From: Paraphysomonas bandaiensis | Lineage: Eukaryota > Protista > Chrysophyceae | NCBI GenBank assembly: GCA_965644295.1 | Contig: CBFFRP010000182.1 | Coordinates: forward strand, 62,001 to 126,000 | DNA: 64,000 bases | Direction: 5' to 3' | Shown here: in pieces, positions 50,828 through 62,400 of the stretch | Position numbering within the stretch: position 1 is the stretch's first letter | Layout: the number at the start of each line of letters is the position of its first letter | Translations under genes and position numbers: made by a program | Notes under the pieces: generated by a model | Told to the model about the DNA's origin: nothing | What the model saw: the letters and a program-made list of their open reading frames with translations, nothing else | The model's database searches: none

Positions 50828-52706
50828 AACGAGTCCCAGTTTCATGCACCTTATTTGTACTGACAAATAAGTGGTGTTAAACATGGTATGCTCTATAAGA
50901 GCTGTAGCAACGTAAATATGATGCGTGGCGAATATACTGCATACGACAGTCGTAGAATTACTTCATGGTTGTGATGATTACGCATTACTTTTTACTTTTT
51001 GGGTTTTATCACAACTTAAAGCTGGAGTAAGAACCATACAACAAATGGCAGTAATTAATATTATACAGTAGAAATATGATGAGAGATACTTTTCCATAGT
51101 TCATACCGGGAACCTCTTCATCTCTGAGAGTGCATATTCTTAGTGGTAGACACTTGACAAGAGCAGCTTATGATTGGTAATAGTACTACTTCTTCTTGAC
51201 GAATGTTGTAATTAGTATTATACTTTAACGACACTTGCTTACTACTGTTTTCCACTATCCAGAACATACACGTCACGAATTATAAGAAAAATTACACCGA
51301 TAATACTAGTATATTTTTGACATTCATTTGATGCTTCAGGTGGAAAGTTTAGGCGTGTTAATTGTTAATCCAACCCTATAGCTATTATCTAGGGGTATAT
51401 GAGAAGTAAATGAATAGAAGCCAATCATAATGCGAAATCCCGCAACATATGTTTAATTCAAGAAAAGTGTGTTTGAGAGTGCTTGCTTATGATTTTAAAA
51501 GACTGTTGTTAACTATTAACCAATTTGATGAGTCCATACTGTATCATCTGATGTGTGCTGTATAGTTGACTGAGGTTTACACGTATAAATTATCAAAATG
51601 AAAGTGCTGTGTAGCTGTGTAGGTAAGAGATGAATCTAAGTATATCGTATATCACAGACAGCATAATGTTATAACTTATTCACTTATACACAACATTTGG
51701 CTGGTTGAAAACTCTTGTGACTGTAATGTAGCAAAGTTAGTTATGACTAATATGGGTGATGTAGAAGGAAACAATAACCTCCCAGCTAGCAATGCCTATG
51801 GCTTTATGAAGAAAAAAAGAATGATGAGTCTACAGTCCTACTCATGTCAATGTCGATATATATACTCTATTCTCTACTGAATACCTTACCTGAGCAATGC
51901 TGCATTGGTTTGACCTCGCTATAGTGTGCAGCTATAGGAGAGCATAATTGATGAATAAGTTATTAACTAAAAGTTGACCAGGTGTAACCATTTATTACTT
52001 TGACGAAGCCAAGTTTATTTCAATCTTGTTGACTGGGTTGAATAAGTAATATCTGAACTATATATATTACTTTTCTTAATGTCCTATATCTGGAGCATAA
52101 TAATCTTTTTTCGTTCAACTTCTGATATTGTTACTAGAATCGCCCTTCAAATTCGAAATGCTTTACTAATTGGAGTGTATGTCTTCGTAGATATGTTTCC
52201 AGGAAGTTGCCCATGTAATATAATCGTATTTCCATGTTGAGATTTGAGTGTTTTCACCTATCTTTAAGAGTATTTTTACCTGCGAAGCAATGGCTAAACA
52301 GGGTGGTGTGCCAGTGGGCAGGAGCAGTACATGCATCTCTAGTTCTATCAATCGATCTTAGGTAAACACTCGTGAATATGTGATAAGGGGATGATTACCA
52401 GTCAGCGTATGTCTGATCGTGACCCCTCATATGCATATGGTTTCTATGCGTATGAGTTCCATGCATACGATGCAGTAGAGAGACTGCACTCTTAGCCTGT
52501 GTGTAGCCTAGATTATCCAGAGAAGGTTTCTATGACTTCTCCCTCTTCATTTAAAGGGTGATTCAAACCATTTTGGAGTGTCTGTGTGTGGATGTGTGTC
52601 GTTATAATGAAACTCATAGCAGTGCTCAGTGTGATCTTGCAGAAGATACATACACACACATTTCGTATAGGAAAATGCCAGTTTTATGCAAAGTTTTTAA
52701 TGAGGG

Positions 52707-52802
52707 TACACATACAGAGTACAGCAGTACATACATACATACATACATACATACATACATACATACATACATACATACATACATACATACAGAGTACAGC
52801 AG

Positions 52803-52834
<32 letters not shown>

Positions 52835-52920
52835 CATGCATACATACATACATACATACATACATACGTACATACATACATACATACATACATACATACA
52901 TACATACATACATACATACA

Positions 52921-52952
<32 letters not shown>

Positions 52953-53629
52953 CATGCATACATACATACATACATACGTACATACATACATACATACATA
53001 CATACATACATACATACATACATACATACATACATACATACATACATACATACATACATACATACATACGTACATACATACATACATATATACATACATA
53101 CATACATACATACATACATACATACATACATACATACATACATACATACATACATACATACATACATACATACATACATACATACATACATACATACATA
53201 CATACATACATACATACATACATACATACATACATACATACATACATACATACATACATACATACATACATACATACATACATACATACATACATACATA
53301 CATACATACATACATACATACATACATACATACATACATACATACATCCATACATACATACATACATACATACATACATACATACATACATACATACATA
53401 CATACATACATACATACATACATACATACATACATACATACATACGTACATACATACATACATACATACATACATACATACATACATACATACGTACATA
53501 CATACATACATACATACATACATACATACATACAGAGTACAGCAGTACATACATACATACATACATACATACATACATACATACATACATACATACATAC
53601 ATACATACATACATACATACATACATACA

Positions 53630-53661
<32 letters not shown>

Positions 53662-53960
53662 CATGCATACATACATACATACATACGTACATACATACAT
53701 ACATACATACATACATACATACATACATACATACATACATACATACATACATACATACATACATACATACATACATACATACATACAGAGTACAGCAGTA
53801 CATACATACATACATACAGAGTACAGCAGTACATACATACATACATACATACATACATACATACATACATACATACATACATACATACATACATACATAC
53901 ATACATACATACATACATACATACATACATACATACATACATACAGAGTACAGCAGTACA
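52707..53960. repeat. About 1.25-kb (TACA)n array with interspersed GAGTACAGCAG units
   Basis: Directly visible. Six ACAGAGTACAGCAGTACA interruptions plus recurring TATACATGCA and TACG variants. Confidence 0.95.
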
Positions 53961-54107
53961 TATGTACTTATACAGGCTGTACTCTCCAGTGTTATCCAAA
54001 GAAAGGATCCTCCGCAGTATGATGTGCAGAAAGTTAAGTGGACACTTTCATACATAAATCTTTACATCTCACTCCTTCTAACATACATACATACAACCAC
54101 ATCAAAT

Positions 54108-57100
54108 ATGACATCAAACATTATAACATCAAATGGAAATGATATATCTGAACTCTTTAATTTATTACGAACAGAATCAGGTGTAAATGATCTTCGTAAT
54201 GGTGGAATGTATGTAGGAATTCATATCAAAACGGATTCATATGATAACATGATAAATTTTGGTCATCGTATGCATTCTGATATGAATATTGAGAATCCTG
54301 CACCTATAGGTGAACTATTTCATGGATATGTGTATGTATATATGTATATATATGCTGTGTGGAACTATGCATATGATCGTCTAGTGGATCATCACACTGC
54401 TGTATATGTATATGTATATATATACCGTCCATTTACATTTGTGTATGTGTTATAATGAGTGGTATGTATACAGGGTATGAAGAATGTAACGACACCGTCT
54501 ATTACATATCGAAAATGATCACCGTTGAAATAGATTCTGAAAGTTGGTCTCCTCCTTATTTTAAATTACTTTCTTCTACAGTGTTACCGGAGCCTCGACA
54601 GAGCACGTTTAAATTAGAGTTAATAAATAGCAGTGGTGATGATGCTGTTGGATGTTGCATCGATTCGGGGTCTACTATCAACTTTTATGTTAAGTTATCT
54701 GTTAAGAAAAACTATGAGGGTAATATCAATTCGTGGATGATATTTTCATTTGAGGGCACGAAGCACCATAGTAAGGCATGTGTGACGACATCCAAGTGTA
54801 TGATATCGTTGCGGATTTATGGGAGTGTCTTTGGCTCGGCCTCTTCTGGACTACAAATGCCGTCGAGTCTCTCAGCTGATGCCAAGCCTTTCTTTTCAGA
54901 GAGCAACATTTCTTACTTTAACACGAAGGTCCGTAAATTTAACATAGGTTTCTATGATTTACGGTGATAGTCAGTGTTTACAAACAACTTATTGTGATGG
55001 CTTCATAGAGACATCCCCACCTGGTTTTAAAACATTGCTCGATTTTGTAGAGTACTATACATTCAAGGTACATTCTGCTATCAACGATACTCTTGCTACT
55101 ATTATAATTGAAAATTTTCCACTACAGATACCTGATGACGTGAGAAAAATGTATGATGAGACTTGCAAATCTGGCAACTGGCAACACGCCATGAAATATC
55201 TCCAAATAATTAATGTTTCACCTCAACCTCATGATACGCCATATAGAGAAATACCAGCGCATATTCAGTATACAAGTAATATTAGTGAGTATTCCTAGCT
55301 TGTACGAAAACTCTGTCAATACCGTTGCAGGCAAATTGACATGGTCGGAGCAGCTACAGCAGGAAAGAGATGTATGTTTGCACGACATGCGAAATGTTCC
55401 CCTGCATTTTGAATTCCATCAAGAGGGGTATTTATCATTTGAAATTGTTGTACATGGATCTAGTGAGAATAGACCCCGAATACAAGTAGGAGATATTCTC
55501 AGGTTTTTCGATTAGTTGCTGCTGACCCATTCCTAACGTTATATCAGACTACGACCCACAGCCCAGAGTTTGATTATTTCCGCGCGAGACCTGCCTTTTG
55601 CACATGGTGCCGCGAAGAAAGCTTCTGTTCGCTTTGGTATTTTCGAGTTGGAGGCTGTCGTTTATCACTATGACCTTCGCAACGAGAAGGTGTGTCATTT
55701 TTTTTTCGAGTTAAATTAATTTCTATCAGGTTCGGTGTTATTGTATGCCCCCGTCCAGAGAAATAATAGTTCCAATTATTGGATCTATGAAACATCAATA
55801 CAATGAAAATGTGCATAAATTTTTGGGTGAAATTCACCAAGGTTTTCATACGGAGAACATGATGATTGTGCTACGCAAGCTAAAGTTTCACATCCGATTC
55901 CAACTTGAAGAACATTCATATATTTTCGCTCATAAGGTGACTGAGAAATATAGCTATTCTATTGTAATATATACTCAACCAGGCTCTCTGTTCTTTATTA
56001 AATTCGGAGATATTTCAGAAGGTGAATTACCCACTGCAATTGTACCACCATTGATTTTATACAGAGACTATACCCTAGTAATAAGTACCGTTTCCCCCCT
56101 GAAACCTTACCTGTGCTACGCGGACATTGCATCCTTAATAGGTAACTCTATTGTTAATAATGCTCATTGTTGCAGTGCTCATACATGTGATAGAGAACAA
56201 CAGGAAGCTGCTCTTGCTGTATCACGTCTTTGTGCTAAAGTCAAAGGGTCTCATAATATTCCGCTTCCTGTGCCACCCTATATAATATACGGTGCTTATA
56301 TATGGAATAACTGAAGTTTATTATTAATTGTACTCACTTTGTAGGACCACCTGGTACAGGGAAAACAACGACGCTGATAGCGGTTATAAATGAAGTGTGC
56401 CAGAGGTCTCCGGGTACCCGTATACTGGCATGTGCACCCTCAGATGCTGCTTGCGATGTCATAGCACGGCGTCTGAGTGAGAGATATTCCCCGACGCAGA
56501 TGTTGCGCCTTAATTGGTGGAAACGCATGCTTGCATCTGTTCCGCCGATGCTGTTAAAGTACTGCTGTCTATACCGAGATACAACATTTGATATACCGGA
56601 CATATATACGCTTTTAAATTACGAAATAATTGTGTGTACAGTGAGCGTGGCTGGGGCACTTCAATATATTATGGATTCAATATCTTTTGATCTTGTTATT
56701 ATCGATGAAGTCACCCAAGCACCAGAGGCTAACTGTCTTATACCACTGTCGTTTCTTTGCCCCACTGGAGTATGTGTTCTTGCTGGTGATCCAGAACAGA
56801 TGGGTCCCAATCTTCGATCACCGCTTTATCATATGACAGGTTCCACTTACCCTGTTGCGATTAATGTCTCATATTTCGGCTAGACTGTAGGAAGTCCTTA
56901 CTCGAGCGATTGCTGCAGTTTGATACATATAAAGATGTACACCCGAAGAGAATAAGCGAGACCCAATCTGACGGTGCAATCGCAATAAAAAAACTTGGTG
57001 TATTTCTCGCTCGTAACTACCGGTCACAATGTAGTATATTCAAGCTATCTTCGGAATTATTTTACAACGGTTCTTTGATTGAAAGCGGGGATATAGAAGA

Positions 57101-57803
57101 TTTGGACAGCCTAAAGCAGTGGGAGGAATTGCGTGGGTCGAAAGTCGTTGAGACCGCGGTGGATAACATTCCCCGACCTTGCGTTGTCCTTTTTCGTGCT
57201 GTGACCGGCACTCACTGGCACAATATTGATTCCCCATCTTTCTATAATACCGCAGAGGTTGAAGCCGTGGTTGGTATTTGCCAGTCGTTATTGAACTCAT
57301 CTTCAATAGATGTATCAACAAAAGATATCGGTGTGATTGGTGCATTCCGCAGTCAGGTTCTAAAGTTGAGAATTGCACTGCGAAAAGCTCATATGAGCGG
57401 TATTAATGTTGGTGGTGTGGAAGACTTTCAGGGGCAGGAATGTCGTGTTGTAGTGATATCTACTGTTCTTAGTCAGAGAATTCCTTCTTTAGAGGTCAAT
57501 GGTGGTCTGGGATTGATTGGAGATCATCGTCGATTTAATGTTGCTGTGACAAGAGGCAGGCATCTCGTAGTTGTTGTTGGTCACCCCTACTGTCTTCACA
57601 CAGATGCCAATTGGCAGTCCTTAATGAACTATTGCTACAGGTGTGGGACTTTTACCGGATGCAAATTTCCATTGCTTGACTCTTCTCAGAGAGACGTGAA
57701 TCAAGAGCTCCTTAATGAGGCAGCTATGACGTCCCTTATGTACCATAGTTCTGAAAATTATGGTGATTTTTCTAACATCCTTGATTGGAGAGGTTTGTTA
57801 TGA
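54108..57803 (+). CDS. MOV10/SDE3/Armitage-like UPF1-family SF1 RNA helicase, multi-exon
   Basis: ENRPRIQVGD, PYIIYGPPGTGKT, ILACAPSD.ACD, IDEVTQA, LAGDPEQMGP, SLLERL, RNYRS, SFYNTAE, VEDFQGQE, RRFNVAVTRG. Confidence 0.85.
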
Positions 57804-58386
57804 ATCATGTTCGGTTGTGCTATGTATTGTGAAAAAGGGCATAGAGTTATCGTGAATTCTGATATATATTTCGAATCAGATTCGGATTGTAGACATTACC
57901 AGAACAATACGGTATTGTCATCTGTGTGGGGTTTTTCGCTGGTCTCATCTTTGTTTAGTTTATGCTATAAGCCCTATTAGGTAATAAACATCTCTAAATC
58001 ATTTGTACATTGTTATCACTCTTGAATAGCTTCCCAATTGAGTTTACCAATAATCTCTGACTGCTACATAATTGTTTAGATCATTTTCATAATAACCTTG
58101 CACCTCTAACAACGTTAGAAATTGAACGGGGAGAAATTCTCAGATTGAGCCCAAGTTAAGTGTTTCCATACCTTCACCATTTTATTATATAGCTATCTCA
58201 CAAAATATTATCTTGCTGTTACTTTCCTTACGTTTCGAATTAAATATATTATACCTATCAATATTAGACATTTGGATGGGTAAAACTTACATAACGGAAC
58301 GTTGAACTCACACAATAATCAAGTAGTAAATTAACACGACATCATTTATAATAAAGAATCGATCTTTATAATAGCAAAACAATGTT

Positions 58387-58426
<40 letters not shown>

Positions 58427-58452
58427 TAGATCGCAACTACCATCCGCTACCA
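58387..58452 (+). pseudogene. Retrocopied initiator tRNA-Met (nt 10-76, with encoded CCA)
   Basis: GCGC D-stem, GGG-CCCATAA-CCC anticodon arm (CAT at 58410-58412), initiator-type T-loop ATCG, and 3' ATCCGCTACCA. The 5' acceptor strand is missing. Confidence 0.9.
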
Positions 58453-58671
58453 AATAAAGAATCGATCTTTATAATAGTAAAACAATGTTGTGATTATTAG
58501 AGTGTAAGTAATGAACACGACAGAGTGAAAATTATAAATAACAATATAGAACATAACTATCATGCACAACGGAATAGTTAGAAGTATAACTGATAATGAC
58601 GACGTTATGATGATTTAATTCAGTTCATGATATATTTCATTGAACATTATAACTCACAGATACAATCTTGT

Positions 58672-59051
58672 TGTTGTCATCCCCGTATAGGAGGTTGGCT
58701 GTCATTGGAGTGAAAGCTTGGTTTGATAGTATACTGCTGTATATTGCACTATACTGCGGATGTATAGTATACAGGATATATACAGTGTAGACAGCCAGCT
58801 ACAGTAGGGTAACGGTATACCATTATACGGTGTATGATGACAATACTATGTAGGATATGTACAGTCCAATATGTACAGTGGATTGGTATAGAGTAAGGGC
58901 ATATATATGCCCAAGCAGTGAGCTGTAGGTGTAGTCTGTGATAGAAGATAGATTGGAATGCTATTTATTATTATCACAGATAACTTCTGATAAAACAAGT
59001 TAATAACACTATCGTTACTATCAACTTGTGGCTTGTTATTGCCTTACAACA
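58672..59051. mobile_element. Solo LTR, family A, nested in the family B LTR
   Basis: TGTTG...CAACA with 5-bp TSD CTTGT (58667-58671 and 59052-59056). Homolog of 2623-3011. Confidence 0.9.
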
Positions 59052-59448
59052 CTTGTATTAAGCTGAATCCTAATACTTATTCACTTATCATATATTGACA
59101 ATCGCTACATCGTTTACATACTCTCAATTACCAATAATTATTACTAGATTTTAGATAAATACGATCTTTTACAGTCAAAGTATTTCAGTTTATATATAAC
59201 ATAATTTATACCATGTCATTAAGTGATGTACTACAGTTTTCAACTGCTGCATTCTTAAATCGAATTCATTACACTGGATTTTAATTGCTTACAAACAGCA
59301 AAAAATAATTGAAAATCAATGAATTGATACACAGCCCTGAAAGTTATACCATTTGAGTACATTTCAAATTGATAACAAACATTCATAGTACCAGTTACCG
59401 CGTTTTCTGCCGTCACACCTAATGATCATCATGAGCAAATAGTATTCG

Positions 59449-62400
59449 TATTGCTGCTTATTAGGATTCAGCTTAACACATGATTGTATCTGTGAGTTAT
59501 AATGTTCAATGAAATATACCATGAACTGAATTAGAGAGAGTATCTGTCGAAGATACGTGATCGTCATCATAACGTCGTCATTATCAGTTACACTTCTAAC
59601 TATTCCGTTGTGCATGATAGTACGTTCTATATTGTTATTCATAATTTTCACTCTATCGTGTTCATTACTTACACTCTAATAATCACAACATTGTTTTACT
59701 ATTATAAAGATCAATTCTTTATTTGGTAGCGAGATGTCAGTTAAAGTTACAAGTTACGACTCAACCGACTCGGATTCGACAACCGACAAGCGAAAGGACT
59801 CAATGCCAAAATTCGATGCGAAGAACTTCTCCAGGTGGCAGAAGAAGTGCCGTGCATGGTTTTACAGAAAGCCCAAGATCGTTTATACTCTACAGAACGA
59901 TCACCCAATTGAGCCTGAAGCAGGAGAAAACTCAGATGACGAGGACTACCAGTATCGACTCGAACAGTATCAGGATGCGAAACGATATTATGATGAAGGT
60001 AATAACTACCTATGGTCAGTCATTGCAAGCTCTATCATTGGTCAGAATGAAGAGGCTGAAGGGATTTTGGAGAACGTCCCCGATGGAGACGGTAAAACCG
60101 CCTGGACGGACTTGCTCAACCACTTCAAAGAAAAAACGACTAACGATGTAATCACCGATCTGATTGGCCAGTTTCAGAGCATAAAAATCAAAAAAGGTCA
60201 GTCGATAATCAACTTTCTTGACGCTGTCGAAAAGCTCCGAAACAAGCTGATTAATTATGGTCATCGGATAAGTGACCAAGATCTCATATCACGCATTCGA
60301 CAAGGCCTGGTATCCAAAGAAAATATGACGTATCGTGAACTGGCGATCAACCTGCAGATGCACCCTATCGATGACTACAAAACACTCATACGCAGACTGC
60401 GCGGATTAGGAAGCTCGTCTGTCGGAATGCTCTTGTCAAGCAACGAAGAAACAAAAACCGACAGTATTCAGCTTGCAGCCTCAAAACCCCCATTTTCCCG
60501 AAATAAAGTGAATTCCAAGCGCAAAAAGGGGACATCTTTCAGAAACCGTTCCAATAAACCGAAACATGACAAGAGAGCTGACAAGGACATTAAGTGTTTC
60601 CGATGCGATGGAAAAGGACACATCGCTTCAGAATGCAAACACTCATGGGAAAGAATCCAACAGATGAAGAATTCCTCTGGAAACAAATCAACCAGTAGGA
60701 AATTCAAAAAAGTTAGATTCCAGACCCACCAGAGCACTGAAAACGACGACTCCGACCAGTTTGCAGATTATGAAGACAGTGGTCCATTACAACAGAAAGG
60801 ACGAGACTTCGGAGGAGTCGGATATCCAACAAACGACGAAACGAACTTCGTTTTTGATCAAGAAGCCGGAATGGGGACCCTTGATTCTGGCTGCACAGTC
60901 TCCATCACACCTGAAGCCGGATACATCACCAATTATGAGGAATGCCTCACCGACATTCAAACAGCTAAGTCAGGATCAACTATGACCTCTTCAGGACATG
61001 GAAGACTTGGTATTATCCCCAAGTGCAAGCACGTGGACCATGCTTCAAGGACACTCGTGTCCATCAGCCAATTAGATGACCTAGGGTATAAAATCTTGTT
61101 CGGAAACCAATCAGTTGAGATATATAAAGATGAAATACTGCTATCAAAGGGTAAGAGAGTTGGAGGCCTATATGAAATTCCGTTAACAGACCTCGGTACT
61201 CCTATTGACGAATCCCACCTTGCTTCAACTGCTTCAGGCCCACTCGCAACCCTAGCACATAAGAGATTGGCACATTCTTCAATTGGACTCATACAGAAAG
61301 CTGTACAGTCAAAATTAGTAACGGGTATTAAGTTAACGAAGTCGGAGATGAATGCTACTTCTTTACCAGGTGGCCTATGTGATGGTTGTGCTAGTGGTAA
61401 ATCTCATCGCCGAAAACATAGACACGCTATCAGACAAATGCTGCTCAAGCGTGTAAGAAGAGCGAATGAGCTGGGGGAGCTAGTAGTAGCCGATTTTTCT
61501 GGACCTCATGCACCAGAGGCAATCATTACTGGCAACCGTTACATACTCGGGATGACTGATGTAGCTTCCAGACACCAATGGGACTCCTACGGACCAACGA
61601 GAGATGAAGATTTTGTCATCCAATCCATCCAGAAAGTTGTTATGTATCTACATAGTAAAGGCAAACGCCTACAACATTATCATGCGGATGGCGGGAAGGA
61701 ACTGGTATCAAAAAAAGTTCTAGAGTATCTTCAATCAATAGGGGCTACATGGACTTTCAACTCCCCGTATACCCCTGAGGATAACCCATTCCAAGAGCGA
61801 TCATGGCGGACAACTAAAGAACGAGCACTCAGCAGCCTTATCGACTCTGGACTCCCACCGAATTTCTGGGAACAAGCCTCAAGGGCGACAATACACATCA
61901 AGAACAGGTTACCGTGTCAAACAGCTAAAGGATTTATGTCCCCACTCCAATTCATCGAAAACGAAATACCAGACTTGAGTTATGCCAGAATATGGGGATG
62001 TAAATGCTTTGTGAATATCGATTCCAGTCTCCGAAAGAACAACTGGGACAGACATAGCTGGCCTGGGTATTTTATGGGCTATCGAGAGGATGGTCCTGGA
62101 TATATAGCCTTTGTTCCCGCATTAAGAGATTTTGTTATATCAGGACATGTATTTTTCAACGAATGTGTTCCACCAGCGGATAAGAGATATTTTAAGGAGA
62201 TAAATGAGATCTTCAGGGAGAATGAGACCACCAGGACAGTAGAAAGTTTCAAATATCTCATAGGTCTAGCTCATGTAGATCCAGACGATGGATTAACATA
62301 TGTAACGACTCAAATAAAGCTCAGAAAAGGATTAATCGCAGCGTATCGTGGTCTAGTGGACGACAGCGGTGACACTACACGACTAATCCAGCTCGACGAC

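Larger units (their letters stand above)
58350..59075 (-). mobile_element. Family B LTR (inverted) with captured primer tRNA, interrupted by a family A solo LTR
   Basis: 58453-58671 plus 59052-59075 are the reverse complement of 59459-59723. The terminal 38 bp are duplicated at 58350-58387. Confidence 0.85.

Noticed and set aside
52707-53960. CRISPR-like reading of the repeated GAGTACAGCAG units
   Set aside because: The spacers are just TACA microsatellite, spacing is irregular, there are no cas genes, and the context is eukaryotic.
52558-54455. Long YIHT/MYVC ORFs in all six frames (also at 17730-18061)
   Set aside because: Artefacts of stop-free (TACA)n repeats. Only the part from ATG 54108 belongs to the helicase.
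58387-58452. Functional tRNA-iMet gene
   Set aside because: The 5' acceptor strand is missing, CCA is encoded, and the sequence is embedded at an LTR end.
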